From NCBI GenBank assembly GCA_977017645.1, contig OZ360225.1:170562001-170626000 (forward strand): DNA of 64,000 nucleotides, given 5' to 3'. This document shows positions 1 through 11,907 of this stretch, in pieces. The notes under the pieces were generated by a model. That model was not told the origin of the DNA and did not search any database. It saw only the letters and a list, made by a program, of their open reading frames with translations. The stretch is from Torpedo marmorata (lineage: Eukaryota). Position 1 is the stretch's first letter, and each line of letters begins with the position of its first letter. The position numbers and the translations under genes are program-made.

Positions 1-659
1 CAATTTTGTTTTACACTTCTGTGAGATTCTTGGAGATGCTTCTCTATATGAAAAACACTGCAGATGATGTTTGTTGTTACAACATAATACTGTATATTAA
101 TTGATGTGTCTTCAATAAACCACAATTGTCAAGAATAGAAAAAGGAAGATCATTCAGCAATTTTGTTTATAATATTTCTCATGTATTAACTACAAATTAG
201 ATTCCATATGTTTGGACATTGACTTCAGCTACCTCCTTAAGTGCATGTTATTTCAGACCGACACCCTTTATCGATAAAGGGTTTTGGCCCAAAAAGTCAA
301 CCATTATTTTTCTCTCACTGATGCTGCTTGAACTTCTGAGTTCCTCCCACAGATTGTGGTCAGCTTCAAATTGCAGCATCTGCATTCTCCTGTGTCTATT
401 CATTAGTATTCACTGTTTAGCTCACATATAAGAATGATCCCTAGAAAAGCTTCCAAAGGATGTTCATACATCTGCCCAATGGCAGCAAATATCAGTGGCA
501 GCAAATTATGGCAGCAGGATGCACAGTTATGATTTATTGAATACAAATGAAGAAAGAATTGCCATTGATCATGTCTATGCATATTCTTTACACAGCATAT
601 TGTCCACTGTTGTAGGCGCAGGGAATGATCAAGCCACTGATGTTCATAGCATCTACACA

Positions 660-1270
660 TATACCTAATCAAATAAAGAAAGCACCTTTAATAACTCTTT
701 AGGATGCCCCACAGAGAATGAAGTACTTTTAAATGCAGCTACAGTTGTAATGTGAGAAATATAACAGTCAATTTAAACTATTACAAACAGCAAGATGGTA
801 AAACAGTGAAATAATTTATCTGGTTTAGTCCGTTCAAGGGATGTGGATAGCATTTATTACCTGAATGTGATGGATTGCTGAGCCATTTCAGAGGTAATTA
901 AAAGTCAGTCACATTGTTATGGGACTGAAAATTTATGGAGGCTTGTCTGAGTAAGCATGGGAGATTTCCTTTCCTAAAAGATACTAGTGAAGCAGATGAT
1001 TTAGTTAAGTGCAATCTAATAGTTTCATATTCACAATAATACATTTAATCCAGATTGGTTTAGTTAACGAGTTTGATTGATAGATGAACAGGACACTGGG
1101 AAGACTTCAACAGCTGTCCTTCAGATAATGCCATGGAACGTTATAGGACCAATAGAGAGGTAAACAGAGCTTGAGATTAATGCCATAACAGTATAGATCC
1201 CCTGACTGTGCAGCATGCCCTATTGCATTGCAGTGTCAACCTGGAATTTGTGGATTGAACACACAACGTT
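660..1270 (-). mobile_element. Old Deu-domain-type SINE relic (approximate limits)
   Basis: Degenerate resemblance to recalled shark SINE blocks (gaagtacttt..gttgtaatgt; ggacactgggaagac..gccatgg). Confidence 0.4.
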
Positions 1271-1749
1271 TTGATCTGGAGGCAATTTGCCCTGTCTTCA
1301 TTTGGATCTGTTCACATCTCATTTTGGTGCTAGTATTGTCAAAACTCAGGACTATAACAGGGAGAGAGAAAGATTGGACTTCCAGAGCACTGAACAATTT
1401 CTGTAAAAGTGGCATTGCCAGAATGAAGGCTTGTGTCGTAATTGTTTGGAACCTAAATAATTGTTTCATGGCCTGAACCTGGTCTGTTACAACTGGAGCC
1501 TACAACTCTTGAAACAACTGGCGATCAGGAAAACTTCATTTATATTCCTCTCCAGGAATAGTAACTCCACATTCCTGCAATTCCTTACAATTGGCAAAAG
1601 TTTTGATTTGTGACCTACTTATCTCATGGACTGAAATTAGTATTTAATTTAAAACCTGCAATTTTATAGAACATAAAGTCGAGGCTAGCTGGGGAAACTA
1701 CCAATTAGTGGTAATTCTGCCACGCCCACAGGAAAAAGGAATCTCAGGG

Positions 1750-2150
1750 TTGTATGTGATGTCATGTATGTACTCTGACAATAAATCTGAAATCTGAAAC
1801 GGCTTATTAATTTTAAATCACTGTCTAGGCTTTGGCCATGATTCCCAGGGGGGCAATAGCCAATACCAGAGGACATATTTAAAGTGAGTGGAGGAAAGTT
1901 TAGGGGAGATGTCAGAGGTAGGTTTTTTTTAACACGGAGTGCTGGGTACCCGAAATGCATTGCTGGGCATGGTTGTAGAGTCTGACACAAGTGAGACATT
2001 GAAAAGACTCTTAGATAGGCACATGAATGTAAGAAAAAAAGAGAGTTGTGGCCTGTGTGGGAGGGAAGGGTTGATTGATGCTGAGAAGATTTATATAGCA
2101 CGGCACAAAATCATGGGCTGAAGGGTAGATAGTGTGCTGTACGGTTCTAT
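1750..2150 (+). mobile_element. CR1 LINE 3' end relic
   Basis: ORF2 C-terminal remnant (RGH..F.GDVRG.FFT) and CR1-type 3' UTR ending gtgctgtacggttctatg. Confidence 0.7.
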
Positions 2151-2239
2151 GTTCGATGATACAGAGCCAAGGTTCATTATGCAGGACCAGGATATGTGAT
2201 ACAGAGATAATGCAGAATGATGGTGTGAATGTTTGAGCT

Positions 2240-3270
2240 GTGGGATATAATTATAGGACTTCCTTTGGGGAATCATCCTATCCCAAACCATTTACTTTGT
2301 CGCTGCTTTCCCTTATGATAAAGGAATACTGACTGATGGATGGAGTATCAGAATGCTTCTAATTACTACTCAGGTATGGGTTGATCAGAGGCAAGTAATA
2401 TTCATGCTGTAAAAAGTCAAGGGAAAGACTAACTCCAACAAGAGAAATTCTGCAGAAATTCTGCAACCTGTTGTTGCCTCACCATCTTCAAGTCCCCCCT
2501 CCTCTTCACCATCCCAACCCTCCCCATCTTCTCACCCTCCGACCATCAGCAACCCTTGACAAGAAAGTTAACCGAAGCAAACATGTAAAAATGGTGTCCC
2601 TAGAAAAATGTCAGGGCAAGGTACACTGCAGCAAGAAACTGACTTCTCAATTCCACAAAGCCTTTCCATCATCTACATGAAATAAATCAGGAATGTTCTC
2701 CACCAGTTGAATAGCTTGACATTATCCAGAGCAAAAGAAAAGCCACTGAATTCACATCTCATCTACTACTGCAAACATTTCACTAGTGTATCATGACTGT
2801 ATTCTTTGCTGCCCACAGGATGTGCTCCAGTAACTTACCAAAATCTCCAAGACAGTACCTTGCAAAGCCACAAACTCTACCGCAAAGCCACAAACTCTAC
2901 CGCAAAGCCACAAACTCTACCGCAAAGCCACAAACTCTACCGCAAAGCCACAAACTCTACCGCAAAGCCACAAACCCTACCGCAAAGCCACAAACTCTAC
3001 CACAAGGTCAAGGGCAGCTGGCACATAGAGACACTACCATTTGCAAGTTCCCCTTAAAGTCACACACCATCATAATCTGGAGATGTATCATTTTTGCTTC
3101 ATCACTGCTGATCTAAACCTTGGAACTCCGGATCTGACAGGTGGTTGGAATGATCCACTCCACACAGACCACTATATTCAAGAAAGTGCCTCACCACCAC
3201 CTCCTCAGGGACAATTGGAGATGGGCAATGCCAGCAAGGCCTGCATTTCAATAATGGGTGAAAAGAAATA
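2240..3270 (+). mobile_element. Old non-LTR retrotransposon 3' relic (approximate limits)
   Basis: Degenerate RT-like and 3' UTR blocks (gcaagttcccc..agtcacacaccatc; caccaccacct..ggatgggcaat) ending in A-rich sequence. Confidence 0.45.
2862..3001 (+). repeat. Minisatellite, 7 x 20 bp (gcaaagccacaaactctacc)
   Basis: Directly visible tandem units with a single substitution in the sixth unit. Confidence 0.97.
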
Positions 3271-3706
3271 GGGCCAGGTTTATAACCAAGAACAGTATTT
3301 GTAACATAGAGTCCAAGGCTAATAATGTGGGAATAAAGTCCATGATGCTAAACCAAAGCCCAACCTGCAGGAAGAATACTCATGATGCAGCAGTAAGAAT
3401 AAGTCCCAGTCCACGTGGCAATGTTGCAATAGAATAAAAAAGACCAGATAAAGAAATAAGATACTAAAGTTTAATTTATAAAAGCATATAGATGGAGAAA
3501 TTCCAAAGCTTGAAGTCCGGAGAAAGGAACAATATATCAGTCCATTTAACTGTTTGTCTCTTTCCATCTAACATATCATTTCTGAATGCTTGACGGAAAC
3601 TTAGCTCCTAAGATGGTCAGGATCATGTCAGCAGCTAAAACAAGATGATATGGGAAGGGACTAAACTTGCTTTAAGTTTAGAGAAAAAAGCAAACTGCTG
3701 GAGGAA

Positions 3707-4528
3707 ATAAAAAACACAAATGCTGGAGAAACTCAGCAGGTCAAACAGTGTCTTTTATGTAGCAAAGGTAGAAATACATAACCGACGTTTCGGGCTTGAG
3801 CCCTTCATCAAAGTATGAGAAAATGCCGGCAGGCGTCCGAACAAAGGAGTGAGGGGGGGAAGGGGTGGCAAAGGCAGGAGATGATAGGTGGAGAAAGGAG
3901 GGAGGGGACAGCAGCAAAGAGGGGGAGGAGGGATGGCTGGGTGGGTGGTAAAAAACAGGAAGGACAGGTGAGGGGGGAGGGGAAGGAAACGACAAGCAGG
4001 TTTAGTGGAAAGCAGAAAAGTCAATGTTAATGCAATCTGGCTGGAGAGTGCCCAGACGGAAAATGAGATGTTGTTCCTCCAATTTGCGGGTAGTCTGGGT
4101 GGGATAGTACATAAGACCATGGACAGACATGTGAGTGTGGGAGTGTGACCTGGAATTGAAATGGTTGGCTACTGGGAGGTCGCTGTTGTTGCAGACAGAG
4201 AGGAGGTGCTCAGCAAAACGATCTCCCAATCTACGACCGGTCTTCCACCCACCCAGCCATCCGTCCTCCTCCTCTTTGCTGCTGTCCCCTCTCTCCTTTC
4301 TCCACCTAACATCTCCTGCCTTTGCCACCCACCCCCCAACTTCCCCCCTCACTCTTTTGTTCGGACGCCTGCCGGCATTTTCTCATACTTTGATAAAGGG
4401 CTCAAGCCCGAAACGTCGGTTATGTATTTCTACCTTTGCTACATAAAAGACACTGTTTGACCTGCTGAGTTTCTCCAGCATTTGTGTTTTTTACTTCAAC
4501 TACGGTGTCTACAGATTATCGTGTTTTA
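3707..4528 (-). mobile_element. Penelope-like element: GIY-YIG endonuclease end flanked by inverted pseudo-LTRs, 16-bp TSD
   Basis: The minus strand encodes RRLGDRFAEHL..PVANHFNS..RKLEEQHLIFRLGTLQP. Arms at about 3707-3960 and 4240-4495 are reverse complements. TSD caaactgctggaggaa at 3691-3706 and 4529-4544. Confidence 0.9.
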
Positions 4529-6418
4529 CAAACTGCTGGAGGAACTCAGCGACAGAGGCAGCAACTTTGGAGGCAAAGGGGTAGTTAATGTTTTAGGTCA
4601 AGACCCTGCACTGGTGCTTTAGGTTCACACATTATTAGTGGGGGGGGGGGGTTGATTTGGAGGGATTACTCACCTTCATTTAAACAGTCCTATATTTAAC
4701 CACAGGTAGATGTGTTTCGAAGGCTTTGTAAAACTAAGCAGCCAAAAGGAAGTTAATGGTGCAGAATCCACGAGGGTTAAGGTTAGGGTTAGACCCTTCA
4801 AAGTACTCTCTGGGCCCTGTAGGTGTAATTCTGGACAGTTTCAAGGCAGGCCTATGGGTACCAGACCCACGGCCAAAGATCCTCCTCGTTACTGGAACCA
4901 TGACAGAGGCAGTAATATTACCAGAGTTCTCAAAATATCCAAAGGCATGCGTTTAGTCAATTAAAAAATAAACATTTCACTCTGTGTGTGTAGGGCACAC
5001 AGAGACATACTGTTAAACACAAATATTTTCTGACCCAGTAGACAACTAGACAGGATTATCCACAATAAGAGCGTTGATCATACATTTGGTTGTTGAGCAT
5101 GCTGCTGGCTCTGGCAACAGCTCGATTTATTGTTGAGTACACAGTAAATGCTATTAAATCTACTGCAGAGCTATACGTATAAATTAGTCATTTTTTCCAC
5201 TTATTTCTGAGGCTCGTGATGTGAAGGTATCAGATGTTAAATCCAGTCTGGATTATTTGGTACAATCATCTCAGGGCTGTGAGACTGATGGGTGTATCGG
5301 AAATGGTCCCTGCAGGGCCATTGGTGTTTTGGCCACAGATTCTGCAACAATTGCATGTTTGTGCTGCAACCTTATCCACAGGAATCACTGACCAAAATCG
5401 TAGCCTCTCTATATTATGCAACCAATAACAAGATGTGATCATGGGCTGCTGGGATATTCCCACACCTCACAGTGGTTTGGGGACCCTCGCAGCAGGATAG
5501 CCTGTCAATCCACAGCTGCAGGCCGGATTGCAGAGCTGCAAATACCCACTCCTCCCAACCCTTTTCCTCACCTACGTGATAGCCTTGATGCTAATGTACT
5601 GTGGCTGTCATGGCATGTCACCTTTAAGCAGCTAACTCAGTTCCTAGATGTCAATGAGGGAATAATGCTACGAGCTTTGCAGCCTGCCACTAAAGGGGAA
5701 TTTGCAGACAACATTACAACAAACAAATATGGGTTAAAATCACCCTGACAATTTTTCTACTGGGATTTCCCCAAATTAAGAGACACTTTCTCCAGTTACT
5801 TGAATTGGGTAAATTGGGTACCAGCATTAAATACCCAGTTTAAATGGACCAAATTTGGGTGAAGTCCAATTTCTTGGCAGTTCTGATCTTGTTGTGTGCA
5901 AAGTGGCTGCTAAAATATCCAAGATGTCATTGTTCTTTGTAAAGCATTTTACCATACAATAAGATGCAAAATAAATGTAAATTAAATCCCAGAATCTAAT
6001 CTACACCCTATTTCTATATTTTGCCCAAACTCTGTCCACTTTCCTATTTCTTTCAACTCTCTGGAATTAATATGCCAGGGTGGATTTTTAAATTTGGTTT
6101 GGAGAATCTTTGGAGTGCAGTGTCAGGTCAACATCCTTGTCAGACATTTAGCTGGCTAGACAATAAGAGATTAGTATTGGGACAGCAGGGCATGATGTGA
6201 TTGTGCAGTAGATCCTGTGATTATTTATTCTTAGTAACCTAAGGCCCTAAAGCCAGTTGACAGCAAGTCCTGTAGAGATGGATCACTGCCTCTTCCTGCC
6301 CTTGTTCAACACAATGGATGGGACAGCATTCCCTTTGCTTGAGGTCGTTGTTTATTTAGCATAGAAGCCCTGAATTGTGTTGGCTGACAATTCAGAGCTG
6401 CTTTATGCTGATGCTGCA

Positions 6419-6486
6419 GGTGTGTGTGTGTGTGTGTGTGGTGGTGGGGGGGGGGGGGGGGGGACGGGGGGGGGGAGGGGGGTGGG
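6419..6486. repeat. (GT)n microsatellite followed by a G-tract
   Basis: Directly visible. Confidence 0.9.
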
Positions 6487-7179
6487 AGCAATTACATCAT
6501 TAAAGACAGGAGGGATCTTTCTCAAAAAGCTGCTAAGGACGAGGAGACACTGACAGGTGTGAAGTCTGGATTTAATGTTACTGACCTTTGGTGAATGTAT
6601 GCAATGTTTTTACTTAGACTTAAGGAGAGAAAAGTAAGGAAAGTGCCTTACAAACACTATCCATGTTCTTGATAAATTATAAATATATAAGAAACTTCAA
6701 GGAGTTTCAAGATGAAAATCTGGATTTCCCACTGAGAAAAAAGTGAGAGATTACAAGATAACTGTAGAATTTATGGTTTGAATATGAAGTGTTGGGATTG
6801 TGGTGTAAGAAAAGTCTAAACACTCTCTCAGTCACTAGCAAACCCAGAATTTATAATCTCCTCTGAACATGCAGATATTCATTGTTCCAAAATCCAAACT
6901 GAAATCTACAGTGTTCTGAAAGCAGGATTTCTACAGCATGGTGGAGGGGTCTAAGCAGGCAGAATACTATCAGGCCACCCATGAATCAATGGAGGGATAC
7001 AATACAAGAGGAATATACTGGTGTTGGAAGAGTAGAAGGTGCTGAACGAAACAGTTAAGATGGGTTCTTGAGGCACTGGAGGGGACATGAATTGTGACAT
7101 TAGTCCTGGACCATAGCTGCTAGCAGAGAGAAATGAAATACATTTGAAGATGCAGGCTGTGGGTCATTCTGGCTTGTGG

Positions 7180-7800
7180 AACTTTGAACATCAAAATATT
7201 CTATCCAAAAGTTGCCGAATGGGATGCTAATTGAAATAGTGACAGTATTATGCTGTAAATATCAGCAGGAATATTATATCATGAGAGGATTTGTGTACAC
7301 ATCTCATTACAATGATATAAAGCCTTGGTAAGATCGCACCTGGAACATTATTCAGAGTTTGGGTCTCCTTATCTTAAAAAGGGAATGTTTATGATAGAAA
7401 GGACCCTTTGTAAATTGATTGGACTGGTTCTAAAGATGGTGGGTTTACTGTAGGGGGAGAGATTGAATAGACGAGGTTTGTATTCTCTAGAGTTTAGAAG
7501 AACGTCAGGAAGTTTCTATAAATTAAAATATAAAATTCTTGCAGAGCTCAACAGGGTGGATGTAGAGAGGATGTTTCTCCTGGCTGAGGATTCACGGTCT
7601 CAGAAAGGTAGCATATAGGCAGAGGTGAAGAGAAATGTCACCATGCAAAGTGTGCAGGATCTTTGGAATTTTCTACCCAGAAGCGCAGTGAAAGTTTGGT
7701 CACTGGGTTCACTTAAAATACAGATCAATAGATTTGTGGATATTAAGGGAATTGAGGAATATGGGTATAGTGCAAGAAAATGGTGTTGAGATAAAGCTCT
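7180..7800 (+). mobile_element. Degraded CR1 LINE 3' relic
   Basis: Remnants of LVRPHLE..QFWSP, LYSLEFRR and the CR1 3' UTR. Confidence 0.65.
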
Positions 7801-7859
7801 GATCACATCTGATGCAATAATGGTCTTTTATCCATAAACACTCTTCGAATATGTTAGAT

Positions 7860-7898
7860 CAGTGGTTCTCAATGGAAAATAAAGGTTGAGAACCACTG
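7860..7898. mobile_element. 39-bp hAT (Charlie-like) mini-element
   Basis: TIRs cagtggttctcaa / ttgagaaccactg with a perfect 8-bp TSD tgttagat (7852-7859, 7899-7906). Confidence 0.85.
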
Positions 7899-9477
7899 TG
7901 TTAGATGGTCAAAGTGAACTGGGAGATAAGGACTTATCTCAAGGAGGTGCACACTCCATAAAAGTATGTGGGATGTGGGTTGATTCAGCTTTATGGAGTG
8001 AGTGGTTCATAAATGTGATGGAGGAACTCAGCAGGTCATGCAGCATCAATGGAAAGCAATAGGGAGTCGATGTTTTGGGTCTGAGCCCTTCTTCAGGTAT
8101 GAGAGTGAGCAGGTTTCCTGACAATGTCTTGTACCATCTTTTCATTTGTTTGTGAATTCTCCAACAAGAAAAACCCCACAAAATCCTTCTTTTCTGGTGT
8201 TGCTGTGGATCACTCCCCCTTCCTTTTAATTAAAGCCTCCATCTGACTCTCTTTGCTTTAAACACCTTTGGAAGGAGATGACCAGCAAGAAGGTGCTGTG
8301 AGTTGTGCAGTTGGGAGCAGAGCAGGACGATAACAGGGGATATGGACAATGTGAGTGAGTGGATTGAAATGTGGCAGATGGTGTTTAATGTGGGAAGTGT
8401 GAAGTCATCCATTTGAAGCTGAGAAAGGCAAACTGAAATATTTTCTTAATGATAAGGAACCAGCTGCTGTGGGCAAGAGGAATGACTTTGGTATTGATGT
8501 ACAGACATCTCTCAGAGCTCACATCACTGTTACAAAAATGCTCATGGTATGTTGCCCTTTACCTCAAAGGACTGGAATGCAAGGAAGTTGTGCCTCAGAG
8601 TAATCTTTAATTGCTGGAAACTTCCATTGCCCCGTCTTAAAATGGCTTGGGGATCCCTGCATGATCTTCAAGTTGGACTGGTTTGGGCCTTTGAATCAGT
8701 GGGACAAGAAATCAGGAACACGTTAATAATGTTAACATTTTAGGAGCAATTCTTGTGCAAAATATTTTGAAATTTGATTATAAGGATCTTTCCCTTTGCA
8801 GAAGAGGAGACATTATTGTATGTGAGAAACCAAAGGGAAATTATCAGCCATTGTTCGAACAAGAGGTTGTCCCTATCAGAGAGAGGTCAGCCATCTAAAT
8901 CTGAAGCAGACCCCTCAGTGAAGTATGTGAGTATTCAGCATTCCATTCATTCTGTCTCCCGGTCATAGCTGTGGAGGTCAAGGGAACATTGTGAGCAGTT
9001 CTGGCACCATTAGGTTTCTTGTGAAGGCAGAACTATTCATAAAAGGGCACTAGCTTTGTTAAAAAAAAATGCCTGGTGGATTCCTTTGACTTGCTTGTTA
9101 ACAGCAAACTTGCAATGATTCTAGATTTTTTGAACCCTAAAATAAATTGGAAAAGTTAAATGTTTAGGAATTGTTGTTTTTGGAAAAGAATTAGACTTCA
9201 GATACTGCATTAAAGATGTGGAAATACTGCAAGGTGCTGTGAAACATACAGGTGAAGGTGCAGTAGGGCAACAATTAAGACCTTCCTTAATTACTTAGAG
9301 TTGGAAAAATAATTAATCACTTTAAATTTACCAATTCAGTTTGATAATTTTAACTCAATTTAAAAAATCTGAATAAAGAAATTGGGTTGGTTGACATTCG
9401 GGATATGGTAGGATAAGAACTAGAGGAGGTTATTCAGCCCATTGAACCCATTCTGTGATTCAACAACAGAATATGGG

Positions 9478-9660
9478 TGGCATGGTTAGTGCAACACTAT
9501 TACAACGGCAGCAACCCGGGTTCAAATCCAGCGCTGTCTGTAAGGAGTTTGTACGTTCTCCTTGTGACTGCGTGGGTTTCCTTCAAGTGCTCCAGTTTCC
9601 TCCCATGTTCCAAAGACTTATGGGTTAGTAGGTTGATTGGTCACGTGGGTGGCACGGACC
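9478..9660 (+). mobile_element. HE1/V-type tRNA-derived SINE
   Basis: A box (tggcatggttagtg), B box (ggttcaaatcc) and V-domain core (gtttgtacgttctcc..tgcgtgggtttcc). Confidence 0.8.
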
Positions 9661-9849
9661 AACTTGAGTTTCTAGTCAATGGTCACCCTCAGGATATTGA
9701 GTGGGGAAGCAGGGTGATGGTAATGCATCTGAATGGCGAGGGTTGATATTAAGACTGTCCATTGTTGGAGATAACAATTGCCCAGGTCTTTTGTGGAGCA
9801 AATGTTACTTCTCACTTATCAGCCTATGCATGAATATTGAGCAACAAAC

Positions 9850-10050
9850 AAACCGCTGGAGGAATTCAGTGGGTGAAGCAGTGGGTGTGGCAGATAAAGA
9901 ATTGTTAACGTTTCAGGGCAGAACCCTTCATCAAGTGTTCCAGCCCGAAATATTGACATTCTTTTTCTCCCATTGATGCTGCTCAACCCACTGAGTTCCT
10001 CTAGCAGATTAGTGTTGATCCAGATTTCAGCATCTGCAGTCTCCTGTGTG
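9850..10050. mobile_element. Inverted pair of Penelope pseudo-LTR fragments
   Basis: gctggaggaattcagtggg / cccactgagttcctctagc inverted arms with hammerhead-like motifs in the centre. Confidence 0.65.
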
Positions 10051-10109
10051 CCTCCATGCCTGAATGTTGCCGAGGTCTTGCTGTATACATACATGGGTTG
10101 CTTAGGTTT

Positions 10110-10520
10110 GTAAAGAAATTTGATCTATATTCTTTGAAGTTTGCAAGAGTGAGGAGTGATTTTTTTTTTTAAACATATAGATTCTTTGGTGGCAAGAGTA
10201 GATGTTAAAGATGTTTTCCCTAGTTTAGAATATTGAATGAGGAAACATAGTCACGAGCTTACGTAGTGGTTATTTAAAATGGACAAACACTGAAACTTCA
10301 TGCAGAGGGAATTCTCTGTTCCAGCTGATTATAGAGACCAAGTTATTGGAGGCATTTAAAGGGAAAGTAGATACTTTTTTGAAATATCAACAAATTGAGG
10401 GTTTTGGGGAGCTGACACGGAAGAGGGGGCGAGTCCAGCGGGAGATCAGCCACAATCATATTGATTGGTGAGACAGGATCGAAGGGCTGAATGGCCTACT
10501 CTCACTCACATTTTCTTATG
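10110..10520 (+). mobile_element. CR1 LINE 3' relic
   Basis: Ends gatcagcc..gaagggctgaatggcctactc, the CR1-type 3' UTR. Confidence 0.7.
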
Positions 10521-10803
10521 TAGAAGTTGTGAACGTCCCCATCTGGCATTACTGGAGAAAGCTTCCCAATTTTCCATATCGATTTCTGTCAGAATTCCAA
10601 CACGAAATCACCTTTAAAGTTTAGCAGTAATATATGTATAATGCATATATGCATAATATATGTAATCTTTCTTCATAATTTAATCCTTGCAGCACTGTCT
10701 CAAGTGCACGAATTTTAGCACGTGGCCCAACTAGAGATTTGTTGATCTGTAGCAAAGCTTCAGACTTTCTGATATTTTTTGTCCCTGACCACAACATTTC
10801 ATT

Positions 10804-11536
10804 AGCCCCTTTCACACCGCCAACCCTCCTAGGAAGCGGGTAAACTTACCGGGCATGCTGCACCCAGGGAGCCTTTCCCACTGCACCATGATTTACCTGG
10901 TTCATCGGAAACCTGGGATTTTAAGGGGGGTCCCGCCTCCAGTGACGCGTTACGCACTCGCTGGAAGTCTAATCGCGCAGTTAATAAAGGCGAACGGAAA
11001 TGTTTTGCCAAATCAGCCTCTCCCCTTATGGAGAGCAACTCCTGACCTCAGCATCCCCCCCAGTTGGCAGCCATTATGTGATCTGAAAAAGCTGATTTTT
11101 AAAGCAGCACTCAAGTCTTTACACTACTTTTAAATATTCCAAAGACTTCTATGCTGACAGAACAGTGTGCTCTGAGATGAACTAAAATCCTTACTCTACA
11201 ACTGGACTACACGTTTACAAACACAAGAGTACACTTTGACCTTTTCTTCCCCTCTGCAGACTTCACTGACCTCCTTCCCGCCACTGTGACGCACGCACGC
11301 AGGCGCTGACGTCACTAATGGGACCTGGTAAAGCAGATTGTCCTTTATCACCGCCAGAAGGCGATTAGTGAGTTAACTCGGCCGGGCTCTGACTCTTACC
11401 CCCACCAAGAGTCAAAGCCCGGTTGATTTTAACTCGCCCTGCCCGGTTGGGACGTTTCCCACCGCGCGATTACCCGGTACGGACCCGCTAAATTACCCGG
11501 TTCAACCCACATGTACTTGGCGGTGTGAAAGGGGCT
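10804..11536. mobile_element. Non-autonomous DNA transposon, PIF/Harbinger-like MITE
   Basis: 20-bp perfect TIRs agcccctttcacaccgccaa / ttggcggtgtgaaaggggct, 3-bp duplication att, CpG-rich interior. Confidence 0.8.
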
Positions 11537-11907
11537 ATTGATTATTGTGCGCAGACACTAAACTTCTAAGGATCTCCAAAGTTCCTAGGTCAATTTAATT
11601 TAAAAAAAAATTGAATTTATCCATTTTAGTTCCAAGATTTCATCACACACACCTATGATGAATCTGTCTGCTGTAGTTTTGTCCTCTCCCTTAATCTATC
11701 AAAGTTTTTTTGTAAATAATTCTACACTCCTGTCTCCACTTCCAATCAAACAGCACAATGCACCACCGAAATTAGGATACATACTTCAAAATTAATTAAT
11801 TGTTTACAAAGTATTTTGAGACATCCTAAGGTTTAGGAAACACACTAAGCATTGCAAGTTTTTTTTCATTGTACTTCCATTGAGGCAGAATTGGTTTCAT
11901 CGTAGAA

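Noticed and set aside
2862-3001. Regular 20-bp repeats resembling a CRISPR array
   Set aside because: Head-to-tail units with no spacers, no cas genes, and a eukaryotic context.
4773-4792. Telomere-like gggttaaggttagggttag
   Set aside because: Only about three imperfect units, too short to call an interstitial telomeric sequence.
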